Shown here in pieces: positions 1 through 9,896 of a stretch of DNA of 64,000 bases. The position numbers and the translations under genes are program-made. Origin of the DNA: Deltaproteobacteria bacterium RIFCSPHIGHO2_01_FULL_43_49 (lineage in GTDB: Bacteria > UBA10199 > SPLOWO2-01-44-7); the NCBI GenBank assembly GCA_001798075.1, contig MGRG01000005.1:193148-257147 (forward strand), in the 5' to 3' direction. Each line of letters starts with the position of its first letter. Within the stretch, counting starts at the first letter, position 1. Under the pieces are notes generated by a model that worked only from the letters and a program-made list of their open reading frames with translations, made no database searches and had not been told where the DNA came from.

Positions 1-143
1 GACGCCGACAGTGCCCCACCGGAAAGATAAAGAGCCTTAAACCCAACCTGTTTGGCTTGCATCCCAACCAACGGATTAAAAACCCCCGGCAGAACGAGCG
101 GCTTTTTCTTCAATAATTTCCAGAACGTTTGCGAATGCGACAT
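1..143 (-). CDS. prpB: Methylisocitrate lyase / PEP-mutase family, N-terminal part (runs off the window)
   Basis: Manual translation MSHSQTFWKLLKKKPLVLPGVFNPLVGMQAKQVGFKALYLSGGALSA matches the ICL/PEPM-family N-terminus (GF.ALYLSG). Confidence 0.75.
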   Translation of the reverse strand, partial: MSHSQTFWKLLKKKPLVLPGVFNPLVGMQAKQVGFKALYLSGGALSA

Positions 144-150
144 AGATACA

Positions 151-179
151 TGACATATAGTAACAGGCACTATGTGTCA
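151..179. promoter_or_regulatory. Inverted repeat upstream of prpB, candidate operator
   Basis: TGACATATAGT-N7-ACTATGTGTCA, 11-bp arms with 1 mismatch, 7 bp from the start codon. Confidence 0.4.
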
Positions 180-203
180 AAAACTTACAGTTCGGAGTGC
201 CCC

Positions 204-400
204 TGCGAAAAACGCATTAGTACAATGATTGGAGCGAAGGGGTGACATAACATCGTAAGTTGAAAATGACGGGTGGTCGGCGAGACTGGTAGCCCGATCT
301 TTCGGGAGGGCGTGCAGCGAGCCGAGCAGGCCCTGTCATTTTCAACGAATATCAATAGAACCCCGAAGCTCCACTCCATTTTATTCAAGCATTTTTCGCA
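204..400. repeat. Long nested palindromic element
   Basis: Paired arms TGCGAAAAACGC/GCATTTTTCGCA, TGGAGC-GAA-GGGGT/ACCCC-GAA-GCTCCA and GTTGAAAATGAC/GTCATTTTCAAC. Confidence 0.75.
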
Positions 401-414
401 AAGGTCGGAGAAGG

Positions 415-2028
415 CTACATGCGTTTTGGGATTTTTGTGTTTTGGGTTTTTGTGATCAATGTCCAATAGGTTTGGAACGGTTTTCCGTAGCCTTTCCATG
501 GATCAAAAAAGAGATGCCTAATGTCTGTTTTGGTTAGGTGCCCATCCAGAAGTCCGTAGTAGAGGTGATCGCCCAACATATAGCCAAGCCCGTGAGTAAC
601 GGTGAAAAACAGATCGGGCCTTTTTTGAAAAACATCCATATCACTAATGCCTTCCCCTCTTCGCTCCAACTTTTTGCACTGGTAGATCAACAACGCCGTC
701 TCGTATTCCAGATGTCTTTTGGAAACAGGAGCTACACTTTGGAAATAGCTGATCAGTTTATGATAATCCTTTTCATGATAACATTTTCTTTTGTGATTAA
801 TGATTTTAGATCCAAAAAACCCTAGGGCCTCATGTAACGTGTTGGCATAGAAAGCGTCAAAAGGATCCCTCGGTTTCTCTTCTCCGGAGCAAATGTGTTT
901 GATAAAGTGTGCTGCTTCTTCGGCGGCATGGTTTAGTGAAAGGTTAGATAGATAAACAAACTTCAGTTTGGGAATATAATAACTTTGGCTATGAATAATT
1001 TGATGTTTGATGTTTTGAATTTCTTCTGGCTTGAATCGCTTGCTTTCTTTAACCAATCTTAAAAAGGAAAGGTCGCCGGAGGTAAAAACCTCCACCTTCT
1101 CTTTTTCTCTCCCCAAATCAATTTTTAAAAAATTGCTGATACGATCGGCAATCTCTAAAAAACTATGTTTCGCATCATCATAATCAATTTCTCCTTCTTC
1201 ATGTTCCAGCCAATTAAGATAAGAGCGCTGGCACATAACGGGGGACGTTTGCATCCTGCAAAAACTTTTCGAATCAATTTGAACCACTTCGACTTGGTGC
1301 TCTAGCCCCTGACTTGCCAGTTTCCAGTAAATCGATTCGCTGTTTTGATACAAAATCAACTCTTTTTTGATCAGCCCCAATTCTTTAAGAGCGCGCTGCA
1401 CTTCTTTTGGAAGGTGGGGTGGAGCTATGTGCAAATCACCGATAAAAACAAAGATTTTTTTACCCGGATTCTGCTTGATCAATTTCGCCAGCAATTTAGC
1501 CGAGGCATAATCTCTAGAGCGAATGTTGGAGCCCTTTGGAGCCGCATCAATGCCAAAGACCTGCAGGTCATGATATTTCGCAAAATCAAAGATCGGTTTG
1601 AAATTTTCCCAGAGATCAAAGACCCAATGTTTTTTTAACCCCACCTTTTTCAAAAATGTATCTTCCGAGGCCCTCCCTTTTAGGAAGGCATCCAGGGCAT
1701 TCTGATTTTTGTGATGAAGGAGCTCCAAACCCAAGATGAAATTTTTGTTTTTTTTGACGACCCCCTTTAAAATTCTTAAAAGAGAGCGCTGGGACTGGTT
1801 GCAGGTATGATAATCCCCGACATAAATAATATCGGAGGTTAAGACGGCCTGCATCATTTCTTCGATCGACGCTACTTTTTGGTAGGAACTGACAGATCGT
1901 CTGTAGTTTTTTTCGTAGCGGTCAAAATCAGGTTCTTTAACGAGAATGGATTCATTGATAAGCCGTTGATTGCGCCGAAAAAGGGTTTTTTGAATATTAA
2001 GAAGCTCTTCTCGGGGACTTAAAACCAT
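415..2028 (-). CDS. ChaN-family (haem-uptake/Tiki-like) domain protein with C-terminal extension
   Basis: IIYVGDYH, LGLE, FIGDLH motifs; 537 aa. Confidence 0.65.
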   Translation of the reverse strand: MVLSPREELLNIQKTLFRRNQRLINESILVKEPDFDRYEKNYRRSVSSYQKVASIEEMMQAVLTSDIIYVGDYHTCNQSQRSLLRILKGVVKKNKNFILGLELLHHKNQNALDAFLKGRASEDTFLKKVGLKKHWVFDLWENFKPIFDFAKYHDLQVFGIDAAPKGSNIRSRDYASAKLLAKLIKQNPGKKIFVFIGDLHIAPPHLPKEVQRALKELGLIKKELILYQNSESIYWKLASQGLEHQVEVVQIDSKSFCRMQTSPVMCQRSYLNWLEHEEGEIDYDDAKHSFLEIADRISNFLKIDLGREKEKVEVFTSGDLSFLRLVKESKRFKPEEIQNIKHQIIHSQSYYIPKLKFVYLSNLSLNHAAEEAAHFIKHICSGEEKPRDPFDAFYANTLHEALGFFGSKIINHKRKCYHEKDYHKLISYFQSVAPVSKRHLEYETALLIYQCKKLERRGEGISDMDVFQKRPDLFFTVTHGLGYMLGDHLYYGLLDGHLTKTDIRHLFFDPWKGYGKPFQTYWTLITKTQNTKIPKRM

Positions 2029-2098
2029 AAGAGGGGCATTCTACATAAATTTCTCCCCACGACAATCATATCTGTTAGGCGATATCTAGAGGAGGGGG

Positions 2099-2587
2099 CT
2101 AAAAGCGATAGGCAACCTGGCCTATTGTTTGAAAATCCCACGTTGAGCTGGAGCCAGCCAAAACATGTAAAGATACATTGGGGCCAATGTAGATTCGGGG
2201 GGTTAACTCGTAAAAAAAGCCGAGTTCCGGAAGCATCAAATCAAACCAACCTTGGCCGCGTGAGTTAACAAGGGCGCCCATACCGGCTCCAGCGTAAGGG
2301 GTAAATTTAGGCCATTTTTTGAGATCGAAGTGATAACGAGCAAAGGGAACAAAGCTAAAGGAAGCCGGGCCCCTCAATAACGTATCGGCATTCAATCCAA
2401 AAGAGATCCTATCGTTCCAAAAATATTCACCGGTGAAGTCCAAATCGAAGCGAACAGGACTGCGCCAACCCATTCCAGCACCAGCGCTGAGCAAAAACTC
2501 CCCATCCCTTGTTTGGGCTTTTAATTCGGAAAAAGAAGAGAGGATCAAAGGCAAAAGAAGACAAAGTTTTAATATTTTTCGCGTCAT
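2099..2587 (-). CDS. Small outer-membrane beta-barrel protein
   Basis: Signal peptide, alternating beta strands, PYAGAGMG, C-terminal YRF. Confidence 0.75.
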   Translation of the reverse strand: MTRKILKLCLLLPLILSSFSELKAQTRDGEFLLSAGAGMGWRSPVRFDLDFTGEYFWNDRISFGLNADTLLRGPASFSFVPFARYHFDLKKWPKFTPYAGAGMGALVNSRGQGWFDLMLPELGFFYELTPRIYIGPNVSLHVLAGSSSTWDFQTIGQVAYRF

Positions 2588-2603
2588 GACCCCCCGCTAT
2601 TTT

Positions 2604-4871
2604 TTATAGCGTTTTACGCACTTCTTTCACCGCTTCTACCATATTTTTCAATGCTGGTGTTACTTCTTTGTACCCTCTTGTTTTTAATCCGCAATCGGGA
2701 TTAATCCAAAGCTGATTTAATGGGACATGTTTTACCAGAAATTGGATCTGTTTTTCAAACTCTTCTTTTGTTGGAACCTTTTCGCTGTGAACATCATAGA
2801 CCCCCGGCCCCATTCCGTTTTGATAATGCATTTCGGCAAGTCCCTTAGCAAGTTTGCCTAAGCTTCTGGAATCTTCGATACTCAAAGAATCGGCGTCGAG
2901 AGCTTGGATCGATTCCAAAATATCGGAGAACTCAGAGTAGCACATATGGGTGTGAATTTGCGTTGTGTTGTTAACACCGCTCGAAGAGAGTTTAAAAGAG
3001 TCAACCGCCCATTTGAGATAATCGGCCCAATCTGATTTCCTCAAAGGTAAACCCTCTCGCAATGCCGGTTCATCGATTTGAATAACTTTTATGCCTGCTT
3101 TTTCCAAATCCGAAACTTCGTCTCGGAGTGCCACACCAATTTGCATGGCTGAAGTGCTCTTGGAGACATCAGCACGTGGAAAAGACCAGTTTACGATGGT
3201 TACAGGGCCGGTTAGCATTCCCTTCATCGGTTTTTTGGTAAAACTTTGAGCAATTTGGGCTTCTTTGACTGTCATCGGCTCTGGTCTGGAGATATCACCA
3301 TAGATCATTGGAGGTCTGATGCAACGGGTTCCATACGATTGAACCCAACCATTTTTGGTGAATTGAAAACCTTTGAGGCGTTCTGCAAAATACTCCACCA
3401 TGTCGGTCCGCTCTGGCTCGCCATGAACCAAGACATCGAGTCCAATTTCTTCTTGGAGTTTTACAACGCGCCCAATTTCTTCACGAATGAACTGCTCATA
3501 TTGAGATTGAGTCAACTCTCCTTTTTTCCATTTGGCTCTGGCTTGTCGGATCTCCTCGGTTTGCGGGAAACTCCCAATGGTTGTTGTGGGCAAAGCGGGA
3601 AGCCCCAAGTCTTTTTGTTGAACGACGTATCTATCTTTAAAGGAAAGCCCGCGTTTGAAATCTGCTGGTTTTAAGTTTTTCAAGCGTTCTTGGACTCCTT
3701 TATCGAGGGCAAAAGAGACGAATTCTTTATCGGTCCAGACGGCATCGTCCGCCTTCAATTCGGATTCAATGGCTTTTGCACCTAAATTGGCACACTTTGT
3801 GAGAATGCTAATTTCTTTTAGCCTTTCACTGGCAAAGGTCAGTCTCTTTTTCAAAACGGTTGGAATATGATCTTCTGTTTCCAATGAGACGGGGAGGTGT
3901 AGGAGGGAACAGCTGGGGTGGATCCATGCCTTGGAAAGATCCAACCACTTGCCCACCCCTTCTAAAGTCGTTGTCACCTCTCTTAAATGTGATCTCCAAA
4001 TGTTTCTTCCGTCAATCAAGCCTAGACCGATCCATTTTTCGGAAGGAACCCCCTTTTCTTTGAGGGCATTTAAGTTTTTCTTGCCGCGCACTAGATCAAG
4101 TCCCACCCCATCGACAGGGAGAGCAGTCAGCTGTGAGTAAATGTTGGCAACATCTCCAAAATAGGTTTGCAACATTATTTTTAAACTTTTCTTTTGGGAA
4201 GTGAGGGTCTCATAAGTTTTCTTTAACCAGCCCAATTCTTCTGTTGTAACATCCCCACACAAAGCCGGCTCATCGATTTGGAGCCACTGGCAGTTTGTTT
4301 GCGCTAATTCAGAAACGATTTTTTGGTAAACTCCAGCTAATTGCTGCAAGTTTTGATCAAAACTTTTATTATTTTTGGCCCGTGAGAGCTTCAAAAATGT
4401 AAAAGGTCCGATCAAAACAGGTCTAAAATTCTTGTTTGGAAATTTTGTAGTGGCCCATTGATAAAATAATGTCAGGCGATTTTCTTTGAGTGTAAAACCC
4501 TCTTCGATTTCTGGAACAATATAATGATAGTTGGTATCAAACCATTTTTTCATCTCACAAGCGGTGACGTCTTGAGTCCCTCTTGCCATGGCGTAATAGC
4601 GATTCCACCCTGAAAGATTTTGGAAACGCTTTGGCACCACCCCTAGCATCAGGGCCGTCTCGAGCATCAGATCATAAGCGCTGAAATCACCCAGAGGAAT
4701 AAAGTCGAGCCCCGCCTCAATTTGGGTGGCAAGATTATCCATGTGAATTTTTTCTAGGTCTTTGTGAAGTTGGTCTGCCGTGATTCCACCCTTCCAAAAA
4801 GACTCAATGATGCGTTTATACTCCCGATTTTTGCCGATCCTGGGAAAACCTAAATTAGTGCTGAGCGCCAT
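2604..4871 (-). CDS. metE: Cobalamin-independent methionine synthase
   Basis: LGFPRIG, KWFDTNYHY, TTTIGSFPQT, HTHMCYS, WINPDCGLKTR. Confidence 0.98.
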   Translation of the reverse strand: MALSTNLGFPRIGKNREYKRIIESFWKGGITADQLHKDLEKIHMDNLATQIEAGLDFIPLGDFSAYDLMLETALMLGVVPKRFQNLSGWNRYYAMARGTQDVTACEMKKWFDTNYHYIVPEIEEGFTLKENRLTLFYQWATTKFPNKNFRPVLIGPFTFLKLSRAKNNKSFDQNLQQLAGVYQKIVSELAQTNCQWLQIDEPALCGDVTTEELGWLKKTYETLTSQKKSLKIMLQTYFGDVANIYSQLTALPVDGVGLDLVRGKKNLNALKEKGVPSEKWIGLGLIDGRNIWRSHLREVTTTLEGVGKWLDLSKAWIHPSCSLLHLPVSLETEDHIPTVLKKRLTFASERLKEISILTKCANLGAKAIESELKADDAVWTDKEFVSFALDKGVQERLKNLKPADFKRGLSFKDRYVVQQKDLGLPALPTTTIGSFPQTEEIRQARAKWKKGELTQSQYEQFIREEIGRVVKLQEEIGLDVLVHGEPERTDMVEYFAERLKGFQFTKNGWVQSYGTRCIRPPMIYGDISRPEPMTVKEAQIAQSFTKKPMKGMLTGPVTIVNWSFPRADVSKSTSAMQIGVALRDEVSDLEKAGIKVIQIDEPALREGLPLRKSDWADYLKWAVDSFKLSSSGVNNTTQIHTHMCYSEFSDILESIQALDADSLSIEDSRSLGKLAKGLAEMHYQNGMGPGVYDVHSEKVPTKEEFEKQIQFLVKHVPLNQLWINPDCGLKTRGYKEVTPALKNMVEAVKEVRKTL

Positions 4872-5000
4872 ATAAAATACCCCTTTCTTATTTGGAGTTC
4901 ACTGAGTTAACAAATGAGTCTTAAGTGTCAAGAAGAACTACAGAGAGGGCTAGAAAATTGTTTACAAACCCTCACAGGGGTTATAAAGACCGTCGTATCG

Positions 5001-6029
5001 ATGAAAGCGGTTCAAATCCACCAACATGGTGGTCCGGAAGTTCTGAAATATGAAGAGGTAGCTGACCCCATCTGCGGCAGCGGGGATGTCTTGGTTCAAC
5101 TCAAAGCCGCTTCAATCAATCATCTTGATTTGTGGGTACGCCAAGGAATTCCCGGTTGGAAAGTAAGCCTTCCTTTGACCCCCGGTTGTGACGGGGCTGG
5201 GGTTGTGGCCGGCAAGGGGGAGTTGATCAAAGATTTGAATGTCGGCGATAAAGTTTTGGTCATTCCCAATGTGAGCTGTGGCAACTGCGAATATTGTGTG
5301 AATGGAGATGATAATCTTTGTCCTGAATATGGAATCGTGGGAGAAACCTGCAATGGTTGTGATGCCGAAATGATTGCCCTTCCACGACGCAATATCATCC
5401 CCATCCCAAAAGGGCTGACTTATGAAGAAGCAGCTGCCATTCCACTTGTTTTCATGACTGCCTGGCACATGTTGGTTACCAAAGCACAAGTCAAACCGGA
5501 GCAGTTCGTTTTAGTTTTAGCGGCAGGTTCTGGTGTCGGCTCGGCTGCGATTCAAATCGCAAAACTTCATGGTGCAAAAGTGATTGCCACTGCAGGAAAC
5601 GATGCCAAACTAGAAAAAGCGAAGGGATTGGGTGCCGATTTTCTCATCAATCATTATAAAGAGCCCATTTCGGAGATGGTCAAACAATACACCGAAAATC
5701 GTGGTGTCGATGTTGTGGTAGAACATGTCGGCAAAGCAACATGGGAAGAAAGTTTAAAAAGTCTCGCAAAAGGCGGAAAAATCGTAACGTGTGGGGCGAC
5801 AACCGGATCAGAGGTTAGCATCAATTTAAATTACATTTTTTATAAACACCAGCAGATTATCGGCTCGACGATGTCGACGCGAGGTGAATTATTTGAGATT
5901 TTAAATTTTGTTCGTCAGAAAAAACTCAAACCGGTTATCGATAAAGAATTTATGCTCAAAGAAGTGGCCGATGCCCATCGCTATGTCGCCGAAGGCAAGC
6001 AATTCGGAAAAGTAATCCTCACCATTTAG
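5001..6029 (+). CDS. Zinc-binding alcohol dehydrogenase / quinone oxidoreductase (MDR family)
   Basis: MKAVQIHQHGGPEVL start, structural Zn motif CGNCEYC...C, GSGVG, GKVIL. Confidence 0.9.
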   Translation: MKAVQIHQHGGPEVLKYEEVADPICGSGDVLVQLKAASINHLDLWVRQGIPGWKVSLPLTPGCDGAGVVAGKGELIKDLNVGDKVLVIPNVSCGNCEYCVNGDDNLCPEYGIVGETCNGCDAEMIALPRRNIIPIPKGLTYEEAAAIPLVFMTAWHMLVTKAQVKPEQFVLVLAAGSGVGSAAIQIAKLHGAKVIATAGNDAKLEKAKGLGADFLINHYKEPISEMVKQYTENRGVDVVVEHVGKATWEESLKSLAKGGKIVTCGATTGSEVSINLNYIFYKHQQIIGSTMSTRGELFEILNFVRQKKLKPVIDKEFMLKEVADAHRYVAEGKQFGKVILTI

Positions 6030-6032
6030 TTT

Positions 6033-7259
6033 ATGGGAGCACCCATCAAAAAACGCAAAAGTTTTCCAGTCAAGATCGGTAGAGTGACTATGGGAGGAGG
6101 CCAACCTGTTGTCATCCAATCGATGACCAACACCGACACCGCTGATATTGAAAAATCGGTACAGCAGACGATGGAACTCTCTGATGCCGGCTCCGAACTG
6201 GTGCGACTCACTGTCAATGTCGATGCGGCCGCCCAGGCCATTCCTCACATTAAAGAAAAAATTCTGGCGAAGGGTTATACCACTCCCATCATTGGGGATT
6301 TTCATTATAATGGCCATACACTTCTCACTAAATATCCTGAGTGCGCTGAGGCTCTCGATAAATATCGAATCAATCCTGGCAATGTCGGTTTTGGAGAGAC
6401 CCACGACAAAAATTTCAAACAGATGATTGAAGTCGCATTGAAACACAACAAGCCGGTTCGAATTGGTGTCAACTGGGGCTCACTCGATCAAACCATTTTA
6501 AATCGAATGATGGATGAAAATGGGCGTTCGGCCAATCCCAAATCAGCAGAGGAGGTAACCATCGATGCGATGGTGGAGTCAGCCTTATCTTCTGCGGCAA
6601 TGGCCCGTGAATATGGAATGAGGCCGGAAAAAATCGTCATCAGTGTAAAGATGAGTCATGTGCAAGATGTGATCAAGGCTTATACGATACTAGCCTCAAA
6701 GTGTGAGTATGCACTGCACGTTGGTTTAACAGAAGCGGGCATGGGGCTCAAGGGAGCCGTTTCTTCGACGGCGGCTTTGGCCAATTTGCTTCAGCAAGGA
6801 ATTGGTGACACCATTCGAGTTTCTCTGACCCCGGCACCCGGTGGTGCACGTACAGAGGAAGTTTTAATCTGTCAGCATATTTTGCAATCACTTGGGATGC
6901 GCCAATTTCAACCCTCCGTTACAGCGTGCCCTGGTTGTGGTCGGACAACCAACACTCTTTTTCAAGAAATGTCTCAAGATATGGAAAATTTTTTCCGCGA
7001 AAAACTCCCCGAATGGCAGAAAAAAGGCTACATTGGAGTTGAGTCTCTAAAAATCGCCGTGATGGGTTGCATTGTGAATGGCCCCGGAGAATCAAAAGTT
7101 GCTGATATCGGTATTAGTCTTCCCGGCACCGGTGAAAACCCAAAAGCCCCTGTCTTTGTGGATGGCAAAAAAGTCACCACCCTCGAAGGCCCCCAAATGA
7201 TGACTCATTTCAAAAAGTTAGTCGAAGATTACGTTAACCAGAAATTTGGTTCCCACTAG
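6033..7259 (+). CDS. ispG: (E)-4-hydroxy-3-methylbut-2-enyl-diphosphate synthase
   Basis: IQSMTNTDT, RINPGN, RIGVNWGSL, CPGCGRT, MGCIVNGPGE. Confidence 0.97.
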   Translation: MGAPIKKRKSFPVKIGRVTMGGGQPVVIQSMTNTDTADIEKSVQQTMELSDAGSELVRLTVNVDAAAQAIPHIKEKILAKGYTTPIIGDFHYNGHTLLTKYPECAEALDKYRINPGNVGFGETHDKNFKQMIEVALKHNKPVRIGVNWGSLDQTILNRMMDENGRSANPKSAEEVTIDAMVESALSSAAMAREYGMRPEKIVISVKMSHVQDVIKAYTILASKCEYALHVGLTEAGMGLKGAVSSTAALANLLQQGIGDTIRVSLTPAPGGARTEEVLICQHILQSLGMRQFQPSVTACPGCGRTTNTLFQEMSQDMENFFREKLPEWQKKGYIGVESLKIAVMGCIVNGPGESKVADIGISLPGTGENPKAPVFVDGKKVTTLEGPQMMTHFKKLVEDYVNQKFGSH

Positions 7260-7285
7260 CAACTTTTTTTGAAATCTACCGAAGC
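7259..7285 (+). promoter_or_regulatory. Shared sigma-28-like promoter motif, copy 1
   Basis: GCAACTTTTTTTGAAATCT-ACCGAAGC, 12 nt before the ATG at 7298. Confidence 0.65.
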
Positions 7286-7297
7286 ATTTCATAGAGT

Positions 7298-8341
7298 ATG
7301 AGAGTCATTATCTTTGGTTTAACATCAGATCAAAGTTTCATTTTAGCGCAAGCTGCACATAACCTCTCCACTTTTCCATTGGGTTCTTTGATGGAAAAAG
7401 GAGCAGATGCTGGCTTGGGCTTTATTCTCGGTCCTCTCGCATACGCCGAAATTCCCAGAATGGATGAAGGCTATTTGTTAAATGCAGGAAAAGAGCTTGC
7501 TGCCTTAGTCAGAGGCGAGCCGAGTTTACAAAAAGCCATTTTAAAGAGAGACGAGTTGGTCGCCAGCATTAATGACATAGCTCTTTTGCCAGATTCAGCA
7601 CAACTCGAGCAAGGAATGGTTGAGCATGCCTGGATGAAAAACCCAGAAGGGAGAGCCCTTTATCTTCATGAACATCCAGAAGAGGGAACAGATTTTGATG
7701 TAAAAAAACTCGTGGAATATACAAAACGAGCAGAGAAAAAAGGGGAAAGTAGTGAGCTATTTATGCAGGCCCTTTATTTCATTGGGATCAGGCATCCCGA
7801 TCCAGATAGAAAGCAGTTTGCACAAGTTGAGTTTGCATCTGTCCAGGCAGCGCGCAGACAAGCCCTTTTTGAAATGGGTTCTCTAAAATTAGATCTCAAA
7901 GAACTTTGGACAAGATTAAATGAAGTTGTCGCTAGGAGAGAAGTTGATTTGGCCTTCGACATTATTCGTTTGATATGGGCCAAAAATTGTGGAGAAAATG
8001 TACGTGAAAAACTATCTCATCACGTATCTCCCATGATACGTGGAGCCTATATCATGGTTGTGATGCAATCTGATAATAACAAGACAAGCCTAGAAGAACT
8101 GTGGAAAAAACAAGAACCGCTTATCGATAGAGATCTCAAAAATTCCAGTGGTGACATTCGATGTGATGCCCTTTCCGAATTGACAGCATTTGCAGCGCTT
8201 GGTTTGCGAGCGGCTTGGTTAAAGTTAGGCGCGTTGGCCAAAAACCCTGATGACCCGTTAGTCCAAGAAGAATCAATAGGGGCGTTAGAGTTATTGCGGC
8301 AACGGGCAGCACTTAGAGCTGAAAGAGCCAACGTAGCCTGA
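7298..8341 (+). CDS. Orphan protein: shared N-terminal domain plus helical (HEAT-like) C-terminus
   Basis: 347-aa ORF; N-terminus aligns with the 14297 protein; helical C-terminal units. Confidence 0.75.
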   Translation: MRVIIFGLTSDQSFILAQAAHNLSTFPLGSLMEKGADAGLGFILGPLAYAEIPRMDEGYLLNAGKELAALVRGEPSLQKAILKRDELVASINDIALLPDSAQLEQGMVEHAWMKNPEGRALYLHEHPEEGTDFDVKKLVEYTKRAEKKGESSELFMQALYFIGIRHPDPDRKQFAQVEFASVQAARRQALFEMGSLKLDLKELWTRLNEVVARREVDLAFDIIRLIWAKNCGENVREKLSHHVSPMIRGAYIMVVMQSDNNKTSLEELWKKQEPLIDRDLKNSSGDIRCDALSELTAFAALGLRAAWLKLGALAKNPDDPLVQEESIGALELLRQRAALRAERANVA

Positions 8342-8342
8342 A

Positions 8343-9104
8343 TTACCTTCCCTTAAACTCTGGTTTTCTTTTTTCGAGGAAGGCTCTCATTCCTTCTTTT
8401 TGATCTTGGGTGTCGAAGAGTTCGAAGCAGAGGCGGCGCTCTTCTTTAAGGCCTTGAGCTAATGGAAGTTCAAAAGATTTTAGAATAGCTTGTTTGGCGT
8501 GTGCAACTGCAATAGATCCTTTTTCAGAAATTTTTAAGGCCAACTTTTTGGCTTCGTTTAGATATTCAGCCGCCGGTGTTACTTTGCCAACAAGGCCTGC
8601 TTCAAAGGCTTCTTTGGCGGAGTAAATATTTCCTGTCAAAATCCACTCCATCGCCTTCGATTTTCCAATGAGGTGGGTCAGTCTTTGTGTCCCTCCGGCC
8701 CCCGGAATAATTCCTACATTGATTTCTGGCTGACCAAATTTGGCTGTTTCGGAGGCCACAATCATGTCGCACATCATGGCCAACTCACAGCCTCCACCAA
8801 GACAAAAACCGGAAACGGCCGCAATGATCGGCTTTTTAACATTAGAAATTCTGTCCCATATGGCCAAAGGGTCTTTGGCCAAAAGCTCTTTTGCAGTATG
8901 TGAAACCATCCACTTGAGGTCAGCCCCTGCTGCAAAGGCCTTGTCACTGCCAGTCAAAACAATGCAGCGAATTTTTTCATCGCGATCCAATTCCTCCAGG
9001 GCTGAGACCAATTCCTTCATCAACTCTGGACTTAAGGCATTCAGGGCCTCAGGTCGGTTGAGTTGGACAACAGCAATGGGCTCTTCACGATGTACAAGAA
9101 TCAT
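8343..9104 (-). CDS. Enoyl-CoA hydratase/isomerase
   Basis: LNRPEALNAL, AFAAGADL, GGGCELA, PGAGGTQRL. Confidence 0.95.
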   Translation of the reverse strand: MILVHREEPIAVVQLNRPEALNALSPELMKELVSALEELDRDEKIRCIVLTGSDKAFAAGADLKWMVSHTAKELLAKDPLAIWDRISNVKKPIIAAVSGFCLGGGCELAMMCDMIVASETAKFGQPEINVGIIPGAGGTQRLTHLIGKSKAMEWILTGNIYSAKEAFEAGLVGKVTPAAEYLNEAKKLALKISEKGSIAVAHAKQAILKSFELPLAQGLKEERRLCFELFDTQDQKEGMRAFLEKRKPEFKGR

Positions 9105-9152
9105 GTCACCTACTTAACAAAAGCCATTGAGATTATCAATTTGACAATTACT

Positions 9153-9250
9153 TAATTTTTAGATGATGGGTGGCCCGCAGTGTTTCTGTGGGGTTTAGTT
9201 AGGGGCCCCCACAGAAATACGGAGGGGCAGGACCCGTCATCTAAAAATTA
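9153..9250 (+). repeat. ~90-nt palindromic repeat, copy A
   Basis: GGGTGGCCC..GTGTTTCTGTGGGGTTTAGTTAGGGGCCCCCACAGAAATAC..GGGCAGGACCC with closing stem TAATTTTTAGATGA/TCATCTAAAAATTA. Confidence 0.9.
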
Positions 9251-9251
9251 T

Positions 9252-9896
9252 ATGAAACCACGTTTTGTACGCATTGCTCGTGAGTTTATTCATCACCTCC
9301 CTTATTCCGCCGTGGGAGTTGCAGCGAGTTTAGGTATTCTTTTAGGTCTAGAAAAAATGGGTTGGGATAAAAACCCCGTTTTTTCTTTTCATGTCACCCA
9401 TCCCACACATATTTTTTTAAGCGCTATTGTGACCACCGCCATGTTTTGGAAGTATGAGCGCAAATTACTCAAGGCGGTATTCATTGGTTTTGTAGGAGTC
9501 ATTCCCATTTGTTCCATCAGCGATGTTTTCATGCCTTACTTGGGCGGATTACTTTTAAAAACACCCGTTCAGTTTCATCTCTGCGCGATTCAAGAACCTT
9601 GGCTTGTTTATCCCGCCTGTTTTTTGGGAATTTTGGGCGGACTTACCCTTTTGAAGTGGATCGAGAAGTTAACTGAATTTTGTCATCTAGCGCACGTCAT
9701 GGTGAGCTCACTAGCCTCTATATTGTATCTGATCTCCTTCGATATTTCTTTGTGGCATGTTTCTATGTTAGCCATCTTTGGAATTACTCTTTTGTCTGTT
9801 TGGATTCCTTGTTGTTTGAGTGATATCGCTTTTCCCTTAGCACTTGTCGAAGAGGGTCATGCACCTTGTTGCGGTCATCACCCCCATTCCTTCTAA
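9252..9896 (+). CDS. His/Cys-rich multi-pass membrane protein of unknown function
   Basis: About 6-7 hydrophobic segments; HHLPYS, HVTHPTH, PCCLSD, C-terminal HAPCCGHHPH. Confidence 0.75.
   Translation: MKPRFVRIAREFIHHLPYSAVGVAASLGILLGLEKMGWDKNPVFSFHVTHPTHIFLSAIVTTAMFWKYERKLLKAVFIGFVGVIPICSISDVFMPYLGGLLLKTPVQFHLCAIQEPWLVYPACFLGILGGLTLLKWIEKLTEFCHLAHVMVSSLASILYLISFDISLWHVSMLAIFGITLLSVWIPCCLSDIAFPLALVEEGHAPCCGHHPHSF

Noticed and set aside
185..499. Short ORFs over 185-499 and 40738-41076
   Set aside because: They coincide with palindromic elements and have no protein features; other short antisense ORFs are shadows of real genes
4872..5000. Cobalamin or SAM riboswitch upstream of metE
   Set aside because: Short divergent intergenic region with no B12-box or S-box motifs visible
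9180..9251. Similar peptides LWGLVRGPHRNTE in ORFs at 9180 and 29193-29426
   Set aside because: These are translations of the palindromic repeat, not a protein family
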